DNA from: Vulcanimicrobiota bacterium
GTDB taxonomy: Bacteria > Vulcanimicrobiota > Xenobia > Xenobiales > JADMJV01
NCBI GenBank assembly: GCA_050250895.1
Contig: JBFWNU010000001.1
Span: 968,008 to 1,032,007, forward strand
DNA length: 64,000 bases
Direction of reading: 5' to 3'
The notes under the pieces are model-generated. The model ran no database searches. It saw only the letters and a list, made by a program, of their open reading frames with translations, and was not told where the DNA came from. The number at the start of each line of letters is the position of its first letter. The first letter of the stretch is position 1. Below are positions 18,631-27,997 of this stretch, piece by piece. The position numbers and the translations under genes were made by a program.

Positions 18631-20646
18631 ATGCCAATCCAGAACGCCCGACTACTGCCAGATTCCCAGACCCCTCCGGCCCATTCTCCGGCCGAGCAGA
18701 CCGAGACTGCTCACCTCATCCGAGGTCGGGCACTCATCTTCTGGGATCCGAAAGATCCGAATAAAAAACGCGACGCCATCGACACCGACCAGATCACGCC
18801 CGCGGCCGACTGCGTGTCAGAGAGCCTCGAAACCCTCGACCAGCGCTGGAAAGAAGGCGCCTTCCGCCATTTGATGCCTGACTTTCGGCAGCGCGTGCAT
18901 TCGGGACAAACCTTTCTTATCGCCGGCGACCGCTTCGGCATCGGCTCCTCTCGCGAGATGAGTCCGGCGGGACTCCAGGCCATCGCGGCCGAGGCTGGCC
19001 TCGAGATGGTCATCGTGGTGGGCGAGAACATGGGTGACATCTTTCGTCGCAACTCGCTCAATCTGGGCCTCAACGTCTGCCAGAGCCCCGAGGCCGTGGC
19101 CGACGCCCAGGATGGCGACGAGTTCACGTTCGAGACCGGCTCGCGCCGCCTGACCAACGTCACTCAGAAAAAGTCGTATGAAGTGGTGTCTCTGACCCGT
19201 CAGGAAGACTCCATTCGCAAGAACGGAGGGATCTTCGCCCTGGGCCGGCGCGAGTTCCCTTCCTCGGTAACCGACAAGCCTCAGGTTCGTTTTCCGGACC
19301 CCGACCAGGCGGCCCACATGACCACTACCGAACAGATCTTGTGGGCTCATCGGGTGGACAAAAGCGAAAAAATCGAGGTGGGCCGGACGGTGCGGTTGTA
19401 CGGCGACCTCTTTCCGGCTTCTGACGGCACCGCCCCCTTCTCGATCTACACCTTCAATCAGATTACCGGCGGCGACACCATCTATCCTCGCGGTTGCGCC
19501 ATTGCCAGCGACCACTTCGTTTTCACCGGCAAGCCCGCCGACGAAAGCCAGACCCAAATCTCGCGCCAGTTCGCCGAACGCTATCAGCTGGGCAAGCCCT
19601 ACTACGCCGATCCGGGCGACGGCATCTTCCACTTCTACTTTCCCGAGCAAGGCCTGATCGTGCCGGGAGGGTTCTATCCCGGAGCCGACTCGCACAGCCG
19701 CGCCTATGGCGCCTACGGCGCGGTCGGAGTCGGGGTGGGTAGCACGGCTCTGGGTTTTGGCTGGTCCACGGGCTATCTCTATTTCACCCCGGCCCGCTCG
19801 CGTCGAGTGGTCTTTCGCGGTCAGCTCCAGCCCTGGGTGGGGGGCAAGGATATCGTGCTCGAGCTGCTGCGCCGCTGGGGCAAACAGCAGAGCCAGGGAA
19901 TGAGTGTCGAATTCGTCGACGCCGACTTGCAACTGCCCATCACCTATCGCAACACCATCGCTAACATGATGGCCGAAGGCGAAGCTACCAACGGCATTTT
20001 CGCCCAGGACAGCGTCACCACCGCCTGGTTTGAAGAACGCGGCTTCAGGCTCCCCTATCCCGCTCTCTCGCCCGGGCCCGAGGCCGTCTATGAAATCGAC
20101 GAAGAAATGCGACTCGATGGCCTGCGCCCGATGATTGCCAAGCCGTTTGCTCCCGGCAACGCTTTTGACGCCGAAGAGGTGGCCCAGGAAAAGATCACCT
20201 TCGACAAAGCCTATATCGGCTCGTGCACCAACGGCAGCTACAACGACCTTCTCCAGGCCGCCCTGGTGATGCGAGCTGCCGCCAAAGCCGGCATCGACAA
20301 GGTCTCGAGCGATTTCGTCATTTTTCCCGGCAGCGGCCGGGTGAAGCAGCAAATCGAAGAATCCGACCCTCGCCTGGACGGAGAATCGATCGCCAACATC
20401 TTTCGCCAGGTGGGCGGTCAGATTCGTAGTTCCTGGTGTGGACCTTGTTTCGGCCAGGGCCCCGACGCCCTCGAGCCTGGGCAAAAGGCCATCACCACCT
20501 TCAACCGCAACTGGCAAAATCGCATGGGAGTGGGCGGCGAAGGCTATCTGGCCAGCCCCGTCGTGGTGGCCGCCTCGGCTCTGGCCGGCTATATGGCCCC
20601 ACCAACCGAACTGGGACTCGACTGGAATCCCGAACACGCCTTCTAA
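18631..20646 (+). CDS. aconitase-family dehydratase, fused LeuD-like swivel domain plus LeuC-like domain
   Basis: IDTDQITPA, FGIGSSRE, IFRRN (small subunit) precede DSHS, IGSCTNG, CGPC, NRN, LASP (large subunit); start uncertain. Confidence 0.88.
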   Translation: MPIQNARLLPDSQTPPAHSPAEQTETAHLIRGRALIFWDPKDPNKKRDAIDTDQITPAADCVSESLETLDQRWKEGAFRHLMPDFRQRVHSGQTFLIAGDRFGIGSSREMSPAGLQAIAAEAGLEMVIVVGENMGDIFRRNSLNLGLNVCQSPEAVADAQDGDEFTFETGSRRLTNVTQKKSYEVVSLTRQEDSIRKNGGIFALGRREFPSSVTDKPQVRFPDPDQAAHMTTTEQILWAHRVDKSEKIEVGRTVRLYGDLFPASDGTAPFSIYTFNQITGGDTIYPRGCAIASDHFVFTGKPADESQTQISRQFAERYQLGKPYYADPGDGIFHFYFPEQGLIVPGGFYPGADSHSRAYGAYGAVGVGVGSTALGFGWSTGYLYFTPARSRRVVFRGQLQPWVGGKDIVLELLRRWGKQQSQGMSVEFVDADLQLPITYRNTIANMMAEGEATNGIFAQDSVTTAWFEERGFRLPYPALSPGPEAVYEIDEEMRLDGLRPMIAKPFAPGNAFDAEEVAQEKITFDKAYIGSCTNGSYNDLLQAALVMRAAAKAGIDKVSSDFVIFPGSGRVKQQIEESDPRLDGESIANIFRQVGGQIRSSWCGPCFGQGPDALEPGQKAITTFNRNWQNRMGVGGEGYLASPVVVAASALAGYMAPPTELGLDWNPEHAF

Positions 20647-20655
20647 GGAGACGAC

Positions 20656-22716
20656 ATGAAGCACATCTTGATCATCCTGGCCCTGTTGACCGGGCTAGCC
20701 ATCGCCGACGAGGGCATGTGGCTGTATACCGACCCTCCTCGCGAAATCCTCAAGCAGCGCTACGGCTTCGAGCCCAGTCAGGACTGGCTCGACCACCTCC
20801 AGCGGTCCTCCGTCCGCTTCAACAATGGCGGTTCGGGCTCGTTCGTGTCGGCCGATGGCCTGGTCATGACCAACCATCATGTGGCCGCCGACTCGATTCA
20901 CAAGCTCAGCCGCGAGGGCAAGAACTACATCCAGGACGGCTTCATGGCTAATTCTCGGGCCGAAGAACTCGAGACCCCCGATCTGGAACTCAACGTGCTG
21001 ATGAGCATCGAGGACGTGACCCAACAGGTCAAGGCTGCCCGCCAACCCGGTATGAGCGAGGCTGATGCTGCCAAGGCCCAGCGAGCGGTGATGAACACCC
21101 TCGAGAAGGAGTCCTTGGAGAAAACCGGCTTGCGCAGCGATGTCGTCACTCTGTTTCGGGGCGGCCAATACCATCTCTATCGCTATCAGCGATTCACCGA
21201 TGTCCGCCTGGTTTTCGCGCCTGAAATCGGAGCAGCGTTCTTCGGCGGAGACGCCGACAACTTCGAATATCCCCGCTACTGCCTGGATGTCTCGTTCTTT
21301 CGGGTCTACGACGAGAAGGGCCAGCCCTATCATCCCAAAGACCATCTGGCCTGGAACGAGGTCGGGGCCAAAGAGGGTGACCTGATCTTCGTGTCGGGCC
21401 ATCCCGGCTCGACCGAGCGGCTCAACACCGTGGAACACCTCGAGTTTCTGCGTGACCAGAGATTCCCGGTGGGACTCAACGTCATTCGGCGCCTCGAGGT
21501 ATTGCTGAAGACCTTCGGCGAACGCAGTCAAGAGAACAAGCGCCGGGCCCAGGACGAACTCTTCGGCTATCAAAATGCGCGCAAGGCTTATCTCGGCATG
21601 CTGGCCGGCCTGCAAGACCCCGCCCTGATGAAGACCAAGCAGGACCAGCAGCAGACCCTGCGCGGCAAGGTCGCGGCCGACCCCGACCTCAAGGCAAAGT
21701 TTGGCGACCCCTGGAAAGCCGTGGCCGACACGGTCATGATCGAGAGCAAGATCTATCACGACCATTATCTGCTCGAACGCGGCCGGGCCTTTGACAGCCA
21801 GCTGTTCACTCTGGCCCGCGAGTTCGTGCGCTGGGCTGACGAGCAGGATCGACCCAATGCCGACCGTCTGCGCGAGTACCGCGAGTCCAACCTGCCTTCG
21901 CTCAAGCAAGCCATGTTGAGCGAGGCCCCCATCTACGCCGACCTCGAGACCCGCAAACTGGCCGACTCGCTCAGCCTGATGGTGGAGTGGAACGGCTTCA
22001 ACTGGCCGCTGGGTCAGCAAATCCTGGCCGGCCAGTCGCCCCGCCAACGGGCTGCTCAACTGGTCAACCAGACCCGACTGGCCGACCCCGCCTTTCGCAA
22101 ATCGCTCTTCGAGGGCGGTCCCGCCGCCGTGAAGGCCTCGCGCGACCCGATGCTCGAGTTGGCCCGACTGGTCGACCCCAGGGCCCGCGAACTGCGCGAA
22201 ACCTATGACGCCAAAGTGGACACTCCTCGCAAAGAAGCCTACTCACACATCGCCCAGGCTCTCTATGCGGCCGGCAACACCAATCTCTATCCCGACGCAA
22301 CCTTCACTCTGCGCCTGGCCTTCGGCACCATCAAAGGCTACACCGAAGAGGGCCGCCAGGTGCCCGCCATGACTACCCTGGGGGGTCTCTACCAACGCGC
22401 CGCCGAGCAGGAGAACAAAGAGCCCTATCAGCTGCCCGAAAGCTGGGCAAAAGCCAAGTCAAAGCTCGACCTCAGCGTCCCCTATGACTTCGTCTGCACG
22501 GCCGACATCACCGGTGGTAACTCGGGCAGCCCCGTGGTCGACCGAGACGGCAAGGTCGTCGGTCTCATCTTCGATGGCAACATCCAGTCGCTGGTCATCG
22601 ACTTTCTCTACAATCAGGATCAGGCCCGGGCCGTAGCCGTGGACGCCCGAGCGATCATCGAGGCCCTGGATAAGGTCTATGACGCCAAGGCCCTGGTCGA
22701 GGAGATCAGACGGTAG
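20656..22716 (+). CDS. S46 family dipeptidyl peptidase (DPP7/DAP BII-like)
   Basis: Signal peptide, ADEGMW, GSGSFVS, TNHH, YPDATFTLR, DITGGNSGSP. Confidence 0.95.
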   Translation: MKHILIILALLTGLAIADEGMWLYTDPPREILKQRYGFEPSQDWLDHLQRSSVRFNNGGSGSFVSADGLVMTNHHVAADSIHKLSREGKNYIQDGFMANSRAEELETPDLELNVLMSIEDVTQQVKAARQPGMSEADAAKAQRAVMNTLEKESLEKTGLRSDVVTLFRGGQYHLYRYQRFTDVRLVFAPEIGAAFFGGDADNFEYPRYCLDVSFFRVYDEKGQPYHPKDHLAWNEVGAKEGDLIFVSGHPGSTERLNTVEHLEFLRDQRFPVGLNVIRRLEVLLKTFGERSQENKRRAQDELFGYQNARKAYLGMLAGLQDPALMKTKQDQQQTLRGKVAADPDLKAKFGDPWKAVADTVMIESKIYHDHYLLERGRAFDSQLFTLAREFVRWADEQDRPNADRLREYRESNLPSLKQAMLSEAPIYADLETRKLADSLSLMVEWNGFNWPLGQQILAGQSPRQRAAQLVNQTRLADPAFRKSLFEGGPAAVKASRDPMLELARLVDPRARELRETYDAKVDTPRKEAYSHIAQALYAAGNTNLYPDATFTLRLAFGTIKGYTEEGRQVPAMTTLGGLYQRAAEQENKEPYQLPESWAKAKSKLDLSVPYDFVCTADITGGNSGSPVVDRDGKVVGLIFDGNIQSLVIDFLYNQDQARAVAVDARAIIEALDKVYDAKALVEEIRR

Positions 22717-22736
22717 CTGCGCCGCTGCGTGCCTCT

Positions 22737-23660
22737 CTATTCGGTGGGGTTGTTGCGGCCGTCGAGGGTCTTGTCGAAGAAGCGCAGCATGGTAGTCCAG
22801 GCTTTCTCGGTTTGGTTCTTCTCGGCGGCGTCGGCATCGTCGATATAGGGCGCGTACACGAGAAAGCCATGTAAGCAGTCGGGGTAGACCTCGACCTGGA
22901 CCGGCTTGCCGAGTTCGGTGAGCTTTCGACTCATGAAATAGGCCTGCTCGGCCGGAACGATGTCGTCCTTACGGCCCTGCAAAATCAGCACCGGGCAAGT
23001 GATGCGGTCGGCCACCGAGAGACCGTTGCGGATGGCAAAAGAGTCGGGGCGAGCGTCGGGGCCCCGCCCGTAGGTGCGATCGGTGATGGGATCGTTACCA
23101 AGCTTACCGGCGTCGCGCAAATAGTACCACCAGCGATAGATGTCCATCACCCCATAGGCCAAAACCAGGGCCTTGACCTGATTGGTGCGGGCGGCTGCCA
23201 GGGTGCAGATGAGAGCGCCGTGCGAGGTGCCCACCAGGGCTACCCGCTGGTCATCGACCTGGTCGAGGGCCGTGAGCAGCGGCAAGACCGCCAGCACGTC
23301 GTTGACCTCGCCTTTGGCGATCTCGATCATCCCTTCCGAACCGTCTTCACCGCGATACGAAGGCGAGAAGACGACATAGCCGGCGCGAGCCAGGCGAATG
23401 CTCGAGAGGCGATGCTCCTTCGAGATGCCGCTGATACCATCGTGACAGAACACCACCAGCGGGCGCTTGCCCGGATCGGGAGGAAGGTAAAGCTCGCCAC
23501 GCACGCGGAGCCCATCGCTGAGATAGGTCCATTGGCGAATCTCGACCCCCTGTTTTATGCCCATGGCCTGCTCGGCCACCAGATTGCCGGCCAGGGTTTT
23601 TCCGCTCAAGAGAAGGAGGGCCAAGCAGGTTGTAACTATATATTTTCGCAAGAGTCTCAT
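22737..23660 (-). CDS. secreted S9-type alpha/beta hydrolase (peptidase/esterase)
   Basis: YLSDGLRVRG, YRGEDGSEG, GTSHG nucleophile, QGRKDDIVP, HGF; start uncertain (23660 or 23690). Confidence 0.85.
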   Translation of the reverse strand: MRLLRKYIVTTCLALLLLSGKTLAGNLVAEQAMGIKQGVEIRQWTYLSDGLRVRGELYLPPDPGKRPLVVFCHDGISGISKEHRLSSIRLARAGYVVFSPSYRGEDGSEGMIEIAKGEVNDVLAVLPLLTALDQVDDQRVALVGTSHGALICTLAAARTNQVKALVLAYGVMDIYRWWYYLRDAGKLGNDPITDRTYGRGPDARPDSFAIRNGLSVADRITCPVLILQGRKDDIVPAEQAYFMSRKLTELGKPVQVEVYPDCLHGFLVYAPYIDDADAAEKNQTEKAWTTMLRFFDKTLDGRNNPTE

Positions 23661-23743
23661 ACCGCGTCGTTTTCCGAAGCTAATTTGCACTCGCGAACGC
23701 GAGCCACCTGCTGTCAGACGCGATCTTCGAGAAGGAGTTTCCT

Positions 23744-24703
23744 ATGCGAACACGAGTTCTGACCATCCTCACCCTTCTGCTGGTGGCCTCGGCCTCGGCC
23801 GAGCAGGTGCGCGACCTGCGGGGCGACGAGGGAGTGCTGATGGACTTGCGTCCCACCGGGGTCGAATGGCTGACCAAGGATCGCCTGTTTGTGGTCGATC
23901 AGCGCTGGAACGCCATGCACATCTTCGACACCGAAGGGCGCCGCTTTCGCTTCATCGAGTTTCCGCGCATGATCGGACCGGCCTTCTACTCGGGCACGGC
24001 CCACTACAAGGCCAACGAATACTATGTGACCGGCTCTCACTATCATGAGAAGAACAATCAACGCTATCTGCAGCAACGAGCCGTCATTCACAAGGTCATC
24101 ATCAACGGCGAGGATTTGGGCGCGGGTTCGGTGGAAGAGAACTACTCTCCCGACATGGCCCTGCGCAAGACCCGTCTGTTCGGTTCGACCCCGGTCGAGC
24201 AGATGGAGATCTCGGGTATCGCCATGGACGAAAAGCACAATCGGCTTTTTCTCGGCCTGGCTCGACCCCTGACCGACAAAGGCACGATCCTGATGCTGAC
24301 CGGACCGCTCGACGAGTTTCTCGAGCGCAAGGAGAGCCTGGAGTTCGACCTGCTCGACACCGGCATCAAGCCTCCCACCGAGCCGGCCTGCGGGACCCAG
24401 TTCTACCTGTCCGATATAGAATATGTGCCTGACCGCGGAGTGGTCTGCCTATTGACCGCCGAAGCGAGCGGCGGCCATCGGTTCTGCTCGAACCAGATCT
24501 GGTTTCTCAAGGGGGGCTTTGGCCCTGGCAAGATGATCCGTCAGGAACTGGCCCCTCAGAACCGGGCCACCGGCATCGCCTTGATGAAGGTGGGTGACTT
24601 CGACTATAAGGTGGCCCTGGTCTGTGACAACAACCCCGAGGAAACCAAGATCCCCTCGCGCCTGATCATCCTCGACGAGCCGATCCGCCTGCAGTTGCGC
24701 TAG
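23744..24703 (+). CDS. secreted hypothetical protein, probable beta-propeller
   Basis: AAGGAG RBS, signal peptide ASA-EQ, repeated PTGV/ISGIA/LSDIE/ATGIA blade-like motifs. Confidence 0.7.
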   Translation: MRTRVLTILTLLLVASASAEQVRDLRGDEGVLMDLRPTGVEWLTKDRLFVVDQRWNAMHIFDTEGRRFRFIEFPRMIGPAFYSGTAHYKANEYYVTGSHYHEKNNQRYLQQRAVIHKVIINGEDLGAGSVEENYSPDMALRKTRLFGSTPVEQMEISGIAMDEKHNRLFLGLARPLTDKGTILMLTGPLDEFLERKESLEFDLLDTGIKPPTEPACGTQFYLSDIEYVPDRGVVCLLTAEASGGHRFCSNQIWFLKGGFGPGKMIRQELAPQNRATGIALMKVGDFDYKVALVCDNNPEETKIPSRLIILDEPIRLQLR

Positions 24704-24707
24704 GGGA

Positions 24708-25094
24708 TTTCAGACGGTAGACGGTAGCTGAGGCCGAGGGAGCTTGAATTGGACCCGGCAGCGCTCGCTCGTCGTAGAAACCGCCGAGATCGCGAAGACG
24801 CGGAGGTCGGGAAACTGGACAGCGCCCGCTCAAGATCAACGAACGGAGAGGTTCAGATTTGGGGGGAGTAGGGCTCTCTAGCGATTCTTAATGGTTGACG
24901 CCGGTGCGGCTGGAACTGGAACGTCGTTCCACCGTGGTTTCCTGGGTAACCTCCTAGCACCGACCATCAAAGGGACCACCCCGCAGCGCCCACCGCGTAT
25001 CTCCGCGGTTTTTCCCCTTCGAGCGCCCACCCAAGAAACGAACTTCCCCCTCGGCGCCTCCGCGGCTCGGCGGTTTTCACCCACGAGCGCCCAC
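24708..25094. repeat. heptamer run plus long-range inverted-repeat element (copy B)
   Basis: TTTCAGACGGTAGACGGTAG at 24708-24727; about 30-bp imperfect IR 24777-24806 versus 25049-25078; second right arm 24993-25030. Confidence 0.7.
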
Positions 25095-25106
25095 GTCTCG
25101 AACGGC

Positions 25107-26210
25107 TTAAGCCCCGCCAGGGTGAGGGCGGAAGTACTCTCGACAGCTCTTCATGTAAGCCAGGAACTCGTCGCTCTGGGGGCGGATCGAGGCGGCTTTG
25201 AGAGTGGCCAGCGAACTCTCGAGCAAGGCGAACATCTCGGTGGTGAAGGTGTTGTAGTGCTGAATCTCGTGATAGAGAACGGGATTTTCCTCCGAGACCT
25301 CGGCGGTGGTCTTGACCAGCTTGGCAAAGGTGGTGCTGGCCACCTTGCCAAGAAACGCAAAGGGCAAGCCGAAGTGGCCGGCCGCGTGGGCAAACTGCAG
25401 GTTGACGGCGTGACTCATGCCCAGCACCACGGCCATGATCTTGTCGTGTTGCTCGAGTTCCACCTCGAAAAGACCCAGGGCGGTCTCGGCGAACAGGTCG
25501 AGAGCGGCGTCGGTGGCTTCGCGGCAGCCGGCGTCGCAAACGAGCACGGCCCGCCCGTGCAAAAGCACCGCACCGGGCGCGAACATGGGGTGCAGGCTGG
25601 TCACGCGATGCCCGTCCAGAGCGGCCCGGCGCAGGATTGGCGCCACCTGGCTCTTCAAGCTGCAAATATCGAAAATTAATGGCTTTCCGCCCGAACGCAG
25701 AACCTGCTCGAGCACCTGAGGAGTGACTTTGAGAGGAGTGGCCAGGACCACGACTTCTGAGTCAGGCACTCCCTCGGCCAGGCTGACCCTGGGCCAGGGT
25801 GACTCCTGGTCGGAAGAATCGCAGATGGTGACACTATGGCCCTGGGCTTCGAAAAAGCGACACAGCCAGACACCCATCCGGCCACTTCCACCCACCACCA
25901 GCACCTTTCTCGAGCCCACCGCCGGCAAGCCACGAGGGATCTCGGCCTGAGTCTGGACCGCGGCAGCCATCAGGTGTTCGAGAACCTGCTCGGCCACCTC
26001 TTCGTCAAAGCCAAGCTCGCGCGCGCTGGCGCGAGCTCTCGATAGCACTTCTACCTCGACCCGAAAGTCGCGAATGGGCAGCCCGGCGCGATGCTTGGCC
26101 TCTCCGATCTTGCGAGTGGTGGCCAGCCGCCGGCCCACCAGAGCCAGAATCTCGCGATCTAGCTGGGCAACCTCGCGGCGCAGGGGGGCTAACTCTTGCT
26201 CGACATCCAT
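25107..26210 (-). CDS. tyrA: bifunctional chorismate mutase / prephenate dehydrogenase
   Basis: AroQ domain (LRREVAQLD..RR..IGEAK), GGSGRMG, DICSLK, HPMFAP, HDKIMA. Confidence 0.9.
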   Translation of the reverse strand: MDVEQELAPLRREVAQLDREILALVGRRLATTRKIGEAKHRAGLPIRDFRVEVEVLSRARASARELGFDEEVAEQVLEHLMAAAVQTQAEIPRGLPAVGSRKVLVVGGSGRMGVWLCRFFEAQGHSVTICDSSDQESPWPRVSLAEGVPDSEVVVLATPLKVTPQVLEQVLRSGGKPLIFDICSLKSQVAPILRRAALDGHRVTSLHPMFAPGAVLLHGRAVLVCDAGCREATDAALDLFAETALGLFEVELEQHDKIMAVVLGMSHAVNLQFAHAAGHFGLPFAFLGKVASTTFAKLVKTTAEVSEENPVLYHEIQHYNTFTTEMFALLESSLATLKAASIRPQSDEFLAYMKSCREYFRPHPGGA

Positions 26211-26263
26211 GGGCGGCGATTCCCCGACCAGGGGAAAGTCTCCTGGAACCGAAATCGGGAGCC

Positions 26264-26635
26264 ATGGCCGATCACCTCTATATCGAGGCGCTCGAAGTCG
26301 ATTGTATCATCGGGCTGGCCGAGTGGGAACGCCTGGTGCGTCAGACGGTCTGTCTCGACCTCGAACTCGAGGGTGACCTGCGCAGCTCGGCGCGTGTCGA
26401 TGCGGTGGTCGAAGGGGGCATCAACACCAAGGCGGTGGCCAAGCGACTGCTGGCTTTCGTGAGCCAAACCGAATTCCAACTGCTCGAGTCTCTGGCCGAG
26501 CGCGTCTGTGAGCTGATCCTGACGGAGTTTCCGGTGGACCGGGTAGGTTTGCGACTGTCGAAACCCGGGGCCATTCGCGGCGCCCGCAACGTGGGAGTGG
26601 CCATCAGCCGCTCGCGGAGCGACTATCCGCTATGA
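26264..26635 (+). CDS. folB: dihydroneopterin aldolase
   Basis: IIGLAEWER..RQ, FQLLESLAE, LSKPGAI..A.NVGV. Confidence 0.9.
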   Translation: MADHLYIEALEVDCIIGLAEWERLVRQTVCLDLELEGDLRSSARVDAVVEGGINTKAVAKRLLAFVSQTEFQLLESLAERVCELILTEFPVDRVGLRLSKPGAIRGARNVGVAISRSRSDYPL

Positions 26636-27093
26636 GCGTGGCCTATCTCGACCTCGGCTCGAACATCGAGCCCCAGGCCAGCCTGCGCCAGGCTGTCGGG
26701 CTACTCCAGGCGGAATTTGAGGTGCGGCGATGTTCTTCGGTCTTCGAGACCGCTCCGGTCGGCATCACCGAACAACCCGCCTTCTGGAACATGGCTGTCG
26801 AGATCGAGACGGCTCTCCTGTCCGACGCGCTCCAACTTAGACTACGCTCGATCGAAGACCGAATGGGACGAGACCGGAGCGGCCCCAAATACGGACCCCG
26901 CAACATCGACATCGACCTCATCCTCTACGGCCAGTACGCCCACCCCCAGCTCGAGGCCCAGGCCTTTGTGCTGGTACCGATCTGCCAACTCTGCCCCGAC
27001 CACCTTCACCCGCGTCTGGGCCGCCCCTTGAGCGAGTTGCTGGCCGGGCTTGATTATCGAGCCGGTGACATTCGTGAGTTGGGGCCGCTGTAA
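26632..27093 (+). CDS. folK: 6-hydroxymethyl-7,8-dihydropterin pyrophosphokinase
   Basis: YLDLGSNI, SSVFETAP, QPAFWN, GPRNIDIDL, FVLVP. Confidence 0.93.
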   Translation: MSVAYLDLGSNIEPQASLRQAVGLLQAEFEVRRCSSVFETAPVGITEQPAFWNMAVEIETALLSDALQLRLRSIEDRMGRDRSGPKYGPRNIDIDLILYGQYAHPQLEAQAFVLVPICQLCPDHLHPRLGRPLSELLAGLDYRAGDIRELGPL

Positions 27094-27184
27094 CATCCCG
27101 TCAATTCGGGCTTAACGACGCTTCCCTAAGGTGACCACGGGGGGTCCGCCCTCCGTATCTAAGCACACTCGGAGAGATATACAG

Positions 27185-27997
27185 ATGATTTCCTCTATTT
27201 CTTATCGGCCTGCAGTGGCCTCCGCCCCCGTCCGCGCCCATGCTCCCGCCGCCCCCGCGGCCGCTCCCGCTGAAGACGCGTTCGACCCCATCGGCCTGGG
27301 CGACGTCGACACCGTCCAGAAGGCAATGCAATTGCCCATCATGGACCCCGTCTATCAGGGCAGCGTCGGTCTCGGATTGGTAGCCGTCGCCCTGGGCGGC
27401 GCTTTCGGCACCGCCCTCAACGCCAGTGTCCGCGGCGAGACCTCGAGCGACGGAACCCCCGCCAACATCACCCAGTTCAACGCCTCGGCCCGGGGCGACA
27501 AGTTGGGCGGTCTGGTCGGTGGCTACGTGGCCATGAACTACTTCATGGCCGGCGAACTCTCGGTCGACCAGGGCAAGCACGTGGCCACCTGGCGCGAAAC
27601 CTTCGGTAGCACCGACGTCGAACTCAACTTCTCGGTGGACGAAGGCTCACAGCAACTGACCATGGATGGCCATCTCGGCAGCGTCCCGGCCCACCTGGTC
27701 TATACCGGCGTGCAGACCGCTGCCGGTGGGGCCGTCATCAACGTCGAGGGAATCCTGGGCGGGCAAGACTACAAAATGCAAACCAGCCTGGACACCATCC
27801 CCACCGACCAGGGCCAGTCGACCTTCAACATCAGCACCCGGGGCAATGTTGGCGACCTGACCGTGGACAAGACCTATCAGGGTCAGGTCGATATCGACCA
27901 GGAAGGTCGCACCGTCGGTCTGACCATCGACGGCTCGGGCCAGAACGCCGGCCACCAGCAGACCGTCAACGTTCGGGCTGCCGTCGGTCCGGCCTAG
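27185..27997 (+). CDS. hypothetical protein with Ala/Pro-rich N-terminus and beta-rich body
   Basis: GGAGA RBS, ATG 27185; codon usage consistent with a real gene. Confidence 0.75.
   Translation: MISSISYRPAVASAPVRAHAPAAPAAAPAEDAFDPIGLGDVDTVQKAMQLPIMDPVYQGSVGLGLVAVALGGAFGTALNASVRGETSSDGTPANITQFNASARGDKLGGLVGGYVAMNYFMAGELSVDQGKHVATWRETFGSTDVELNFSVDEGSQQLTMDGHLGSVPAHLVYTGVQTAAGGAVINVEGILGGQDYKMQTSLDTIPTDQGQSTFNISTRGNVGDLTVDKTYQGQVDIDQEGRTVGLTIDGSGQNAGHQQTVNVRAAVGPA

Noticed and set aside
18817-22059. Long antisense ORFs (18817-20664, 20695-22059)
   Set aside because: Shadow frames of well-supported plus-strand genes, expected in high-GC DNA
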